Below are positions 1-9,366 of a stretch of 64,000 nucleotides of DNA, piece by piece. Source of the stretch: Flavobacterium sp. Its GTDB lineage: Bacteria > Bacteroidota > Bacteroidia > Flavobacteriales > Flavobacteriaceae. The stretch is taken from positions 6,075 through 70,074 of the forward strand of contig NZ_JBIKRX010000001.1 of the NCBI RefSeq assembly GCF_044348915.1, in the 5' to 3' direction. Every line of letters begins with the position of its first letter. Within the stretch, counting starts at the first letter, position 1. The notes below the pieces were generated by a model. The model made no database searches. It was given only the letters and a program-made list of their open reading frames with translations, and was not told the DNA's origin. The translations under genes were made by a program, and so were the position numbers.

Positions 1-177
1 GTACTTACCGATAAGAGTGAAAGTTATGCTCGTAAAGAAATCCAAAACCTGAAAAAGGTACTTAACAAGGAAAAACACCAAAAAGTAACCATAAAGGAAT
101 ATTGCCAATACTATGGTTTTAATATTGATGAAGTTCTGTCAGTTTTGTCCAAAAAGAGCCTGAAAAAAGCAGACTAA
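1..177 (+). CDS. 3' part of a small hypothetical protein (5' end outside window)
   Basis: Open frame 1 translates VLTDKSESYARKEIQNLKKVLNKEKHQKVTIKEYCQYYGFNIDEV...AD* with TAA at 175-177; not in the ORF track. Confidence 0.65.
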   Translation, partial: VLTDKSESYARKEIQNLKKVLNKEKHQKVTIKEYCQYYGFNIDEVLSVLSKKSLKKAD

Positions 178-334
178 TTAATACAGTACTAAAGCGTTCG
201 ATTGCTTATTAAGACACTAAGGAGCGAATTTTTATTGGCTATGAATTGAGGAAAAATCCTTCCTATAAAATGCTTTATCTCTAATCATATAAATTGACTT
301 TTGTGGTCAACCTATATCAGGGAAGTACACAGAA

Positions 335-369
335 CAGATAACAGATAACGGACAACTGATAACCGATAA
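335..369. repeat. Heptamer tandem repeat (5 degenerate units)
   Basis: cagataa cagataa cggacaa ctgataa ccgataa. Confidence 0.75.
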
Positions 370-371
370 CT

Positions 372-491
372 CTACCCCCTCTTCTTCGCCTTGGTCATCA
401 TTTCTAGTTGACCCCATAATTCCTCTGGGATGGCTTCCAGAATATTGAATTCACCAGCGCCTTTCAACCATTCGCCACCGTCAATCACTAT
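372..491 (-). pseudogene. Stranded diverged copy of the last 40 codons of the SDR gene
   Basis: Translates IVIDGGEWLKGAGEFNILEAIPEELWGQLEMMTKAKKRG*; 35/39 aa identical to 1212..1331, and most nucleotide changes are synonymous. Confidence 0.92.
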
Positions 492-504
492 GATTATTGT
501 ACAT

Positions 505-833
505 TTAAAGTTCTAAAATTTTTCTTAAAATTGCAGTATCAATTGTGTTGTATTCCCCTTTATTATAAATTGAACCAAAAACTAAATTTGCATCATTTAT
601 TGAAATTATGGTTTCGTGTGTGATGATTCTACCACCACCACTAGAACCTTTCCCTTTAGATTTTATGGCAATTTTTATTTTTTAAAACCATCTCCTAAAT
701 CTGTTGCTAGCTTTAATTCTTTGTCAATATTATCAAGTAAATTTTGTAAATCTGTTTTTAATGAAGGATATTTTTTTAAGAGTGGTTTCACTTCTTTTTT
801 AAAATTATCGTGCAAAATCACATTATATTTCAT
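505..833 (-). pseudogene. RelE-like toxin, frameshifted
   Basis: MKYNVILHDNFKKEVKPLLKKYPSLK...LGDGFKK* continues in another frame as IKIAIKSKGKGSSGGGRIITH...IYNKGEYNTI...LEL*; the break is at an A6 run (T678-683); start overlaps the antitoxin stop. Confidence 0.75.
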
Positions 834-1059
834 CTAAAAAGGATTGTAGTGTTTGACCTTGTGTTTTTCCTGATGATAATTGTTTCATTTCTATGGCGGT
901 CTTTTTAAGTTTATTCAAAAATTTTTTTTCTTTTAGACTTAAAGTTTTTTTGTTTTGTTGAATAGGAGTTTCTAAAAACTCTACATATGACAAGGTTTTT
1001 GCATACTCTACAAACATTTTTGCTTGTTTGCTGTTCTCTTTTATTTTTATAGTTACCAT
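823..1059 (-). CDS. Putative antitoxin (78 aa)
   Basis: Small ORF directly upstream of and overlapping the RelE-like gene; ends with TLQSFLDEI. Confidence 0.65.
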   Translation of the reverse strand: MVTIKIKENSKQAKMFVEYAKTLSYVEFLETPIQQNKKTLSLKEKKFLNKLKKTAIEMKQLSSGKTQGQTLQSFLDEI

Positions 1060-1211
1060 AATACTAGATTTTGAAACACAAATGTATTAATAATATTGAT
1101 AAGTGTGAAGTAATCAGGTACTGTTAAACACCTCCTAATTAATAGGATTGCAAAATATAGTAACAAATACATCTATTTTTCAGTGCTCAAGCATCTGTAA
1201 TCTGAATACTG

Positions 1212-2093
1212 TTAACTCCTTTTTTTTGACTTGATCATCATTTCCAATTGATCCCATAATTCCTCAGGAATCGCTTCAAGAATATTGAATTCACCAGCGC
1301 CTTTCAGCCATTCACCACCATCGATAACGATCACTTCGCCGTTGAGGTAAGCCGAAAAATCGGATACCAAATAAGCGGCGAGATTCGCTAATTCTTGATG
1401 ATCGCCCACTCTTCCCAAAGGGACTTTTTTGGCCATATCAAACTTTTCGGCTAAGTCTCCAGGCAACAATCGGTCCCAAGCTCCTTGGGTAGGAAAAGGT
1501 CCTGGGGCAATAGCATTGGAACGAATGCCATATTTAGCCCATTCTACTGCAAGACTGCGGGTCATTGCCAGAACGCCCGCTTTGGCAGCAGCACTAGGTA
1601 CCACATAAGCTGAGCCTGTAAATGCATAGGTAGTAACAATATTCAAAATGGTTGCCGAGGCTTGTTTGGTCTCTATCCAATGTTTTCCAAAAGCCAGAGT
1701 ACAGTTTTTAGAGCCTTTCAGTACAATGTCAATCACGGTATCGAATGCATTGGCCGATAATCTTTCGGTTGGCGATATAAAATTCCCTGCAGCATTGTTA
1801 AGTAATACATCGACTTTGCCATACGCTTTTAGGACTTCTTGCAGCATGTTTTCAACTTGGTCGTAATGACGTACATCACATTGAACTGCTATGCAGGTTC
1901 CTCCCGTTTCGGCTTCAAGTGCAGCGGCTGTGGTTTGCAGTTTTTCTAAATCACGGGAACTGATTGCTACTTGTGCTCCGAGTTCCATAAAATAACGGGT
2001 CATTGCTTTGCCAAGACCACTACCGCCACCGGTTACTACAATTACTTTGCCTTTTAAGGCATCATCGCGAAGCATTTTTGCTGAGAAATCCAT
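1212..2093 (-). CDS. SDR family oxidoreductase (2,4-dienoyl-CoA reductase-like)
   Basis: TGGGSGLG Rossmann motif, NNAAGNF, YVVPSAAAK, NAIAPG. Confidence 0.9.
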   Translation of the reverse strand: MDFSAKMLRDDALKGKVIVVTGGGSGLGKAMTRYFMELGAQVAISSRDLEKLQTTAAALEAETGGTCIAVQCDVRHYDQVENMLQEVLKAYGKVDVLLNNAAGNFISPTERLSANAFDTVIDIVLKGSKNCTLAFGKHWIETKQASATILNIVTTYAFTGSAYVVPSAAAKAGVLAMTRSLAVEWAKYGIRSNAIAPGPFPTQGAWDRLLPGDLAEKFDMAKKVPLGRVGDHQELANLAAYLVSDFSAYLNGEVIVIDGGEWLKGAGEFNILEAIPEELWDQLEMMIKSKKRS

Positions 2094-2293
2094 ATCGTAT
2101 TTTTTTTAGAGTTGTAAATATAGGGAAAAATAATTAGTAGGCGTGCATAGTAAAAGTATTTATGCAACCCGCATTTGAACTCAAACCATAAAGCTTTTTT
2201 TAAACCATTAAGAAATTAAGAGGCATTAAGTTTTACTGTTTCTTATTTACTTAAAAATTTATTTTTGACTTTACTTTTTTAGAAACAAGTTTA

Positions 2294-3421
2294 TTAAACC
2301 TTACACAATCTTTTCGCGGCTTCTGCGAGTGTAGCATTGTCTTTGGCGAAGCAAAATCGAATTAGTTTTTGGTCTTTTCCATCGGCATAAAAAGTTGAAA
2401 TGGGAATCGCTGCCACGCCATGTTCTACAATTAGTCGTTTGCAAAAATCTACATCATTTTCATTGGAAATAGCCACATAAGAAGCCACCTGGAAGTAGGT
2501 TCCTTCGCAAGGTATTAATTGGAAACGGCTGTTTTGGATTAGTTTTCTAAAATAGTCTCGCTTTTCCTGATAAAAATTTCCCAGTTGTGATACATCGACC
2601 AAATCTAAATATTCACTGATAGCGACTTGGGCAATGCTGTTCACGCTAAAAACCATAAATTGGTGTACTTTTTTGATTTCTATCATCAAATTTTCGGGTG
2701 CAACGAGATATCCTACTTTCCAACCGGTGATGTGAAAGGATTTGCCAAAAGAAGAAATCACTACCGCACGATTTCGGAGTTTCTCCCGAGAATGTACCGA
2801 AATATGGTGCTGTTCGAAAGTGATGTACTCATAAACTTCATCAGAAAGTACAATGACTTTGGGGTATTTCTGCAGTATTGATTCTAATGCTTCAAAATCA
2901 GTTTCATTCCAGATTTTCCCTGTTGGATTATGTGGATTGTTTATGATTATCATTTTGGTTTTTGAGGAAAACGCTTTTTCGATTCGGTCCCAATTGGGCG
3001 TATAATCATCATTTAATGGTACACGAACCGGCTTGGCATTGCAAAGAAAAATAGCCGATTCATAACTATCGTAACAAGGGTCCAGAAGAATTACTTCATC
3101 ATTGGACTGAATAAGTGCCGTAACAGCGGTGAAAATGCCTTGAGTTGCGCCAGCCGTAACTAGAATTTCGGTTTCTGGTTCAAGGTTTCTTTGATAGGAT
3201 TTGGAAACAAGCTGTGCTATTTTGCTCAATAATGGGGGATACCCTGCCATCGGGAGATACTGATGCACATTTTCTTTTGCCAAACTAGCGACAATATCGG
3301 ATAGTCTGGGGTCAATTTCAAAGTTGGGAAATCCTTGAGAAAGGTTTATGGCATTGTATTCGGTTGCCATTTTTGACATTATTGTGAAGATACTGGTTCC
3401 TATTAGAGGTAGCTTGAACAT
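2294..3421 (-). CDS. PLP-dependent class I/II aminotransferase (methionine aminotransferase YbdL-like)
   Basis: AINLSQGFP, NNPHNPTG, SDEVYE, SSFGKSFHITGWKVG, IRFCFAK. Confidence 0.9.
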   Translation of the reverse strand: MFKLPLIGTSIFTIMSKMATEYNAINLSQGFPNFEIDPRLSDIVASLAKENVHQYLPMAGYPPLLSKIAQLVSKSYQRNLEPETEILVTAGATQGIFTAVTALIQSNDEVILLDPCYDSYESAIFLCNAKPVRVPLNDDYTPNWDRIEKAFSSKTKMIIINNPHNPTGKIWNETDFEALESILQKYPKVIVLSDEVYEYITFEQHHISVHSREKLRNRAVVISSFGKSFHITGWKVGYLVAPENLMIEIKKVHQFMVFSVNSIAQVAISEYLDLVDVSQLGNFYQEKRDYFRKLIQNSRFQLIPCEGTYFQVASYVAISNENDVDFCKRLIVEHGVAAIPISTFYADGKDQKLIRFCFAKDNATLAEAAKRLCKV

Positions 3422-3434
3422 ATGTTGTTTGAAT

Positions 3435-3469
3435 TAAACCTGACAGGTTTTTAAAACCTGTCAGGTTTA
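3435..3469. repeat. REP-like double palindrome
   Basis: TAAACCTGACAGGTTTTTAAAACCTGTCAGGTTTA: 17-bp arms, 1-nt loop, each arm itself near-palindromic. Confidence 0.85.
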
Positions 3470-3471
3470 GG

Positions 3472-5613
3472 TTAGGCTAGTAATATCTCCAATATGCTTG
3501 TGGCAGCTTCGCTAATTTTGGTTCCTGGACCAAAAACAGCTACTGCTCCCGCATCGAACAAGAATTGGTAATCTTGGGTAGGAATTACGCCCCCAACGAT
3601 CACCATAATGTCTTCGCGACCGTGTTTTTTGAGTTCTTCGATGACTTGAGGAACAAGCGTTTTGTGTCCTGCTGCGAGTGAAGAAACTCCAAGGATATGC
3701 ACATCGTTTTCTACAGCTTGCTTTGCGGCTTCGATTGGGGTTTGAAAAAGAGGTCCTATATCGACATCAAAACCCAAATCGGCGTAACCTGTGGCGACCA
3801 CTTTGGCACCACGATCGTGTCCGTCTTGTCCCATTTTGGCAATCATAATTCTTGGTCGACGGCCTTCTTTTAGGGCAAATTCGTCGGCCAGTTGTTTGGC
3901 TTTCTCGAAGCTTTTGTCGTCTTTTATTTCTTTGCTGTACACGCCGCTAAAGGATTTAATTTGTGCTTTGTATCTTCCGAAAACAGTTTCTAAGGCATCG
4001 CTAATTTCGCCTAAAGTGGCTCGGTGTCGCGCTGCTTCGACTGCAATATTGAGTAGATTGCCTTCGCCAGTTTGGGCACATAGGGTTAGTTTTTTTAATG
4101 AAAGTTGTACCTGTTGAGTGTCTCTAGATGCTTTAATTCGTTCTAATTGTTCGATTTGCTGTTTGCGTACCATTTGGTTATCGACATCAAGAATTTGCAA
4201 AGGATCTTCTTTTTCTAATCGGTATTTATTGACTCCTACAATGATATCTTGGCTGCTGTCGATTCGCGCTTGTTTTCTGGCTGCGGCTTCTTCGATTCTA
4301 AGTTTTGGTATTCCCGATTCGATGGCTTTGGTCATTCCGCCCAATTCTTCGACTTCTTCGATGAGTTTCCAAGCATTTTGGGCTATTTCATTGGTGAGGC
4401 TTTCGACATAAAAACTGCCTGCCCAAGGATCTACTGTTTTGCATATTTTAGTTTCTTCCTGCAAATAGATTTGGGTGTTTCTGGCAATTCTGGCCGAGAA
4501 ATCCGTTGGCAAAGCGATGGCTTCGTCCAAGGCGTTAGTATGAAGTGATTGGGTTCCTCCGAAAGCGGCAGCGGCAGCCTCGATAGTAGTTCGAGCTACA
4601 TTGTTGAACGGATCTTGCATCGTCAAACTCCAACCAGAAGTTTGGCAATGTGTACGCAAGGCTAACGATTTATCGTCTTTTGGGTTGAATTGTTTCACCA
4701 GTTTTGCCCAAATCATTCGTCCAGCTCGCATTTTGGCAATTTCCATAAAATGATTCATACCAATTGCCCAGAAAAAGGAGAGTCGAGGAGCAAAGTCATC
4801 GATTTTCATTCCTGTAGCCAGTCCAGTTCGGATGTATTCTAAACCGTCGGCAAGGGTGTACGCCAATTCGATATCTGCAGTAGCTCCGGCTTCTTGCATA
4901 TGATAACCAGAGATAGAAATCGAGTTGAATTTTGGCATATTTTTGCTGGTAAATTCAAAAATATCGGCAATAATTTTCATCGAAGGTGTTGGTGGATAAA
5001 TGTAGGTATTACGTACCATAAACTCCTTTAAAATGTCATTCTGAATGGTTCCAGAAAGTTGTACGGGTTGCACTCCTTGTTCTTCGGCTGCGACAATGTA
5101 GAAAGCCATAATGGGCAAAACCGCTCCGTTCATTGTCATAGAAACCGACATTTCACCTAAAGGGATTTGGTCAAACAATACTTTCATATCTTCAACCGAA
5201 TCGATGGCGACGCCTGCTTTTCCGACATCGCCTACTACGCGTTCGTGGTCGGAGTCGTATCCGCGGTGGGTTGGTAAATCGAAGGCTATGGATAGCCCTT
5301 TTTGTCCTGCTGCCAAGTTTCTGCGGTAAAAAGCATTGCTTTCTTCAGCAGTTGAAAAACCTGCGTATTGCCGAATCGTCCAAGGTCGGCGAACGTACAT
5401 TGTGGCGTAGGGCCCACGTAAGTTCGGTGCAAATCCTGCTCCAAAATCGAGATGTTCGAGGTTCTCAATGTCTTCTTCGGAGTAGGTTGATTTTAGTTTA
5501 ATATCTTCGGCGGTGAGGAAGGTTGCTTCATCTGATTGGTCACTTCCGGCTTCCAGCTTCCAGCTTCCAGCTTCCGACTTTTCTAATTTTATATGTTGGA
5601 TATTTTTTCTCAT
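3472..5613 (-). CDS. scpA: Methylmalonyl-CoA mutase, catalytic B12-binding subunit
   Basis: [26 protein letters not shown]12-binding DGHDRG and GVSSLAAGH. Confidence 0.97.
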   Translation of the reverse strand: MRKNIQHIKLEKSEAGSWKLEAGSDQSDEATFLTAEDIKLKSTYSEEDIENLEHLDFGAGFAPNLRGPYATMYVRRPWTIRQYAGFSTAEESNAFYRRNLAAGQKGLSIAFDLPTHRGYDSDHERVVGDVGKAGVAIDSVEDMKVLFDQIPLGEMSVSMTMNGAVLPIMAFYIVAAEEQGVQPVQLSGTIQNDILKEFMVRNTYIYPPTPSMKIIADIFEFTSKNMPKFNSISISGYHMQEAGATADIELAYTLADGLEYIRTGLATGMKIDDFAPRLSFFWAIGMNHFMEIAKMRAGRMIWAKLVKQFNPKDDKSLALRTHCQTSGWSLTMQDPFNNVARTTIEAAAAAFGGTQSLHTNALDEAIALPTDFSARIARNTQIYLQEETKICKTVDPWAGSFYVESLTNEIAQNAWKLIEEVEELGGMTKAIESGIPKLRIEEAAARKQARIDSSQDIIVGVNKYRLEKEDPLQILDVDNQMVRKQQIEQLERIKASRDTQQVQLSLKKLTLCAQTGEGNLLNIAVEAARHRATLGEISDALETVFGRYKAQIKSFSGVYSKEIKDDKSFEKAKQLADEFALKEGRRPRIMIAKMGQDGHDRGAKVVATGYADLGFDVDIGPLFQTPIEAAKQAVENDVHILGVSSLAAGHKTLVPQVIEELKKHGREDIMVIVGGVIPTQDYQFLFDAGAVAVFGPGTKISEAATSILEILLA
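5543..5577. repeat. Heptamer tandem repeat inside the 5' coding region of scpA
   Basis: cttccgg cttccag cttccag cttccag cttccga; encodes part of [13 protein letters not shown]. Confidence 0.85.
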
Positions 5614-5648
5614 TTCTACTTGATTTAGATAGTTTGTAGAATAATGGT

Positions 5649-5951
5649 TTAATAATTTTTTCTATTTTGCCAAATTTTGGAATTCCTTGAGGTATGAACT
5701 ATAGCTTTTACTACTATTTCTTTTTTATCGATTTCAAAATGTATTAAGTACGGGAATGTTTGTGTCAAAGCAACTCTTGTTTCGTCATATCTAATTTGAT
5801 ATAAATGCGGCTTGACTCTTATAATTTTCATTTCATCATTTATAGATTTTAAGAAACGTTTTCCTAGATTTTTTTGAATAGTTTCATACCAAGAAGCAAT
5901 TTATTCAAGATCATTTTTAGCTAAAGGAAGTATAGTAAGTTTATAGTTCAT
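5649..5951 (-). pseudogene. ParE/RelE-family toxin with premature stop
   Basis: MNYKLTILPLAKNDLE*IASWYETIQKNLGKRFLKSI...FPYLIHFEID...AIVHTSRNSKIW; in-frame TAA at 5901-5903; start overlaps the antitoxin stop. Confidence 0.8.
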
Positions 5952-6174
5952 TCTCAATTTCCTTCATCACTTCATCAAAATCTAAGGCAATTTTTGGGTT
6001 TTTAAAATAAGCTATTGTCCGTTCCCGTACTTCATCAATTTGCCATTGCGGAATTTTATACTCTGAGGAAGAAGGCAAAATAATTACATCAACTTCATCG
6101 GCATTGAAATCATCAGGTAGCGTAATGTTTATTTTGTGATTTTTTACTTTAACAGTTTGTCTTATTGCTTCCAT
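5941..6174 (-). CDS. Putative addiction-module antitoxin
   Basis: 77 aa, IPQWQIDEVRERT motif and an acidic C-terminus; coupled to the ParE-like gene. Confidence 0.7.
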   Translation of the reverse strand: MEAIRQTVKVKNHKINITLPDDFNADEVDVIILPSSSEYKIPQWQIDEVRERTIAYFKNPKIALDFDEVMKEIENEL

Positions 6175-6245
6175 AAGTTTTATTTTATATGTAAATTTAG
6201 CTATTTTTTTGAAATTCAGCCATCTAACTTATGATTTCCCACTTC

Positions 6246-6731
6246 TCATTTTTGCTTTGTCGGTTCGCCTTTCAGGCTCGGGTCAATAATTTTAAATTTC
6301 CACTTTCTACTTGTGTAATTCGAATTGAGCCCTTCGATAATTCCTGCACTTATTGTGGTCCCTGCTCCGATTGCAAAGAGGCTAAATGCGGACTCATTTC
6401 CTTGTGCTGCTCCAACTATCGATGCTCCAACAATGGCTAAGCCTGAAAACAGGAAGACCGTTTTTACTGTTCCAAGGGATTTTGGTTGGGTTTTAATGCT
6501 TTGTAAACTATCCATTTTGATGGACTGATTGTTGACCGTAAAGTTGAGACTGTCTATTATTTTTAGATTTCCAATCCATTTTTTATGGTTTAATGTTCTT
6601 ATTTTGATGCGTTGGTTTTCTTCAAAAACTTTTACTTTGCCTGTCTTGATGTTGGTTAACTCCAAGGTTTTATGCTGAGAGAAAGCTGTAAAAGAAATTA
6701 ATAATAGGATAAGGTAGATGCGTTTTTTCAT
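6246..6731 (-). CDS. Hypothetical exported or membrane protein
   Basis: Signal peptide MKKRIYLILLLISFTAFS plus two C-terminal hydrophobic segments. Confidence 0.75.
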   Translation of the reverse strand: MKKRIYLILLLISFTAFSQHKTLELTNIKTGKVKVFEENQRIKIRTLNHKKWIGNLKIIDSLNFTVNNQSIKMDSLQSIKTQPKSLGTVKTVFLFSGLAIVGASIVGAAQGNESAFSLFAIGAGTTISAGIIEGLNSNYTSRKWKFKIIDPSLKGEPTKQK

Positions 6732-6739
6732 TAGGTAGG

Positions 6740-8110
6740 TTAAGATTTGTTTTCTTCTTTGAGTCTTTCTTGTTCCAGTGTTTCAGCCAATCTTTTTTCG
6801 ATGATTGGTGAAATCAGCGTTTTTCTAGGTTTAATTTTTATGAAAGGATACAATTCGAGATTGTCTTTCATACTGTCTTTTTTGTTGGGATATTTGTTGG
6901 TTCCCAGTAAAATCTCTTTGCCAGCATCGAATAGTTCTTGCTCTTTATCGGCGCTTTCTTGAATTTTTCTTTTGATGATTCCTTCATTGAGTTGTTTTAA
7001 GAAACCGCCATTGGCTTCGATATCTTTAAACAGCGTTAATGCTTTTTCGGCTAGTTGGCTGGTGAGACTCTCGATATAATAACTTCCATCAGCAGGATTA
7101 TCAACTTTATCGAAATGGCTTTCGTGTTTGAGCACCAATAATTGATTTCTCGCTATTCGGTCCCCAAATTCGTTGTCTTTGTGGTAAAGAGAATCATAAG
7201 GTAAATTGGCAATTACATCGGCGCCTCCTAGTATGGCACTCATACATTCAGTAGTCGTACGCAACATATTAACATTATAATCGTAAAGAGTTTTGTTGCG
7301 TTTGGTTGGTGACACCACAATATGGCAATCGTGATTGTGGTTGTATTCTTTGGCAATTCTATTGAATAAAAGTCTCAAAGAACGTAGTTTGGCAATTTCA
7401 AAAAAGTAATTGGTTCCTACTGAGACTTCAAAAACAATGGGTCGATTGAGGTTTGGGATGATGTTGAAATATTCGTTGGCTTGTGCCAATGCATAGGCGA
7501 TTTGTTGTACCATATTGGCACCAGCATTTTGGTAAAGATTAGCATTTATAGAAATGACAGAAAGGTTTGGAGCCGCTGTTGCAATTGAATTTAGCGTATC
7601 GAAATTTGTTTTTTCTTTGGTAGTAAACCAATTGCCCTCTTTAGCTAATTGGCCTATAGGATCGAGGGTACAGTATATTGTTGCTTTGTTTTCTTTAGCA
7701 AAAGCTTCTATTTTTTTGATGTAGTCTAACGAAAGAAAAGAAAGATTGAAATAGATTGTAATGCGGTCTAAAGGGAGATTTTGCAGTAGTTTTGCAATAT
7801 CTATTTTTTCGTCTTCGATAGTAAAGCGAATACATTCAGCTCCACGGTTGATGCTATCTATGGCTCTAGCATTCGATTTTTCGAGATCTTGAACGAAGAT
7901 GTTTTGGCAAATTCTAAAATCTGATGCTTTTGTTTGTAAAGTGGGACCGCTAACGAATTCATCTTTGTGGTAAAAGGGTTTTACTTGAATGTCTTCGGGT
8001 GAATTCCACACTAGGGTTTCGTTGTAATCGGCTCCTTTGAGTTCGAACTGGATTTGTTGTTTCCATTGTTTGGAGGAAACGGGGTTGAAATCATTGAATA
8101 AATTTTTCAT
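6740..8110 (-). CDS. Methylmalonyl-CoA mutase small subunit
   Basis: YDYNVNMLRTTTECMSAILGG, DNPADGSYYIE, LLGTNKYPN; clustered with scpA. Confidence 0.92.
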   Translation of the reverse strand: MKNLFNDFNPVSSKQWKQQIQFELKGADYNETLVWNSPEDIQVKPFYHKDEFVSGPTLQTKASDFRICQNIFVQDLEKSNARAIDSINRGAECIRFTIEDEKIDIAKLLQNLPLDRITIYFNLSFLSLDYIKKIEAFAKENKATIYCTLDPIGQLAKEGNWFTTKEKTNFDTLNSIATAAPNLSVISINANLYQNAGANMVQQIAYALAQANEYFNIIPNLNRPIVFEVSVGTNYFFEIAKLRSLRLLFNRIAKEYNHNHDCHIVVSPTKRNKTLYDYNVNMLRTTTECMSAILGGADVIANLPYDSLYHKDNEFGDRIARNQLLVLKHESHFDKVDNPADGSYYIESLTSQLAEKALTLFKDIEANGGFLKQLNEGIIKRKIQESADKEQELFDAGKEILLGTNKYPNKKDSMKDNLELYPFIKIKPRKTLISPIIEKRLAETLEQERLKEENKS

Positions 8111-8228
8111 TTGCTGGGCTCGGTATTAAATTCGTTTCCTTAGAAAATTTACTATTGACAACTGCTAGGTACAATTCCGGATACATTGGAATCACTCGAA
8201 AAGACGTTTAATGCAACTTAGTTTTAAT

Positions 8229-8561
8229 CTATTTTTTAACGTCTTTTTCGATCGTGTCGCCTTCAAATTCTATGATATAGACATCTTCGCTGTCTTTTTT
8301 CATATAGTATTTTTCGCGGGCATACTTTTCGGTTTGATCAGGGTTTTTTAGTTTTTTTATGTTTTCCTTGTCTTTGTTTATTTCGTTTTGGTAGTATTCT
8401 TTATTGTCCTCGAGTTCTTGTATTTGCTTGTTGAGAACACGATGACCGTAATAGGAATAGTTGTCTAGAAATACCATCCAAATCACAAACGACAACAATA
8501 CCCAAATGTATTTGTTGCTTAAGAATTTGAACCAAGGTTTGTCTTTGTATGGGTTTGTCAT
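8229..8561 (-). CDS. Septum formation initiator (FtsB/DivIC family)
   Basis: N-terminal TM helix, coiled coil, EKYAREKYYMKK. Confidence 0.85.
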   Translation of the reverse strand: MTNPYKDKPWFKFLSNKYIWVLLSFVIWMVFLDNYSYYGHRVLNKQIQELEDNKEYYQNEINKDKENIKKLKNPDQTEKYAREKYYMKKDSEDVYIIEFEGDTIEKDVKK

Positions 8562-8578
8562 TAGTTAGTTGGTTGTTT

Positions 8579-8648
8579 TAGCCCCGATAGAGCCGATATC
8601 CTTTGTGAGGCACGAACAAAGATAAAGGCGAAAGCGGGAAATAGCTCC
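8579..8648. ncRNA. Structured intergenic element resembling the Flavo-1 RNA motif
   Basis: gccccgatag...atcctttgt...acaaagat...aaagcggg with nested stems; resemblance from recall, not a covariance-model hit. Confidence 0.45.
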
Positions 8649-8713
8649 CCCCTTCGATAAGCTTTGGGTGACACTATTTGAACATTAAATTATGCAATAA
8701 AGTTACAAAAAAT

Positions 8714-9322
8714 TTATAGAATTCGTTGATTAATTACTGCTCGAACTACATCTATGGCGACGGTGTTGTACTTGTCGTTTGGGATGATGATGTCGGCAAA
8801 GGCTTTGGTGTTTTCTATAAATTGTTGATGCATTGGTTTTAGGGTGGTTTGGTAGCGATTGAGTACTTCCTCCATATCGCGGCCGCGTTCGGCGATGTCG
8901 CGCTTCAATCTTCGGATTAAGCGCTCGTCAGAATCGGCGTGGACGAAGATTTTGATGTCAAACAAATCGCGAAGTTCTGGATTCGAAAGAATTAGTATGC
9001 CTTCGACAATCATTACTTTCCTAGGATGTGTGACAATGGTGTCGTCGGTACGGTTGTGTATGGCAAAGGAATAAACGGGCTGATTGATGGTTTTTCCTGC
9101 TTTTAGATCCTTGAGATGTGCTACCAATAGATCGAAATCAATGGCTCTAGGGTGATCAAAGTTGGTTTTAGACCGCTCTTCGTAGCTTTCTACTGTGGAA
9201 GCTTTGTAATAGGAATCTTGGGCAATTATTCCTACTTCGGTATGGGGTAATTCATTCATTATTTGATGAACTACGGTTGTTTTTCCGGAGCCTGTACCTC
9301 CTGCAATTCCTATGATGAGCAT
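8714..9322 (-). CDS. udk: Uridine kinase
   Basis: GIAGGTGSGKTT, QDSYY, NFDHP, MIVEGIL, ERLIRRLKRD. Confidence 0.95.
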   Translation of the reverse strand: MLIIGIAGGTGSGKTTVVHQIMNELPHTEVGIIAQDSYYKASTVESYEERSKTNFDHPRAIDFDLLVAHLKDLKAGKTINQPVYSFAIHNRTDDTIVTHPRKVMIVEGILILSNPELRDLFDIKIFVHADSDERLIRRLKRDIAERGRDMEEVLNRYQTTLKPMHQQFIENTKAFADIIIPNDKYNTVAIDVVRAVINQRIL

Positions 9323-9366
9323 ATGTTATGGTATTATTATTTGAACAAAAATAAGGAATTATTGAT

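Noticed and set aside
616-837. 73-aa plus-strand ORF in the track
   Set aside because: Antisense shadow of the frameshifted RelE-like gene, which has recognisable motifs and is coupled to the antitoxin.
5614-6739. Searched for a stranded gene-end duplicate around the ParE module like the other two TA loci
   Set aside because: No copy of the mutase small-subunit 3' end or the scpA 5' end was found by eye.
8111-8228. Expected cobalamin riboswitch upstream of the mutase genes
   Set aside because: No B12-box or other riboswitch consensus could be recognised.
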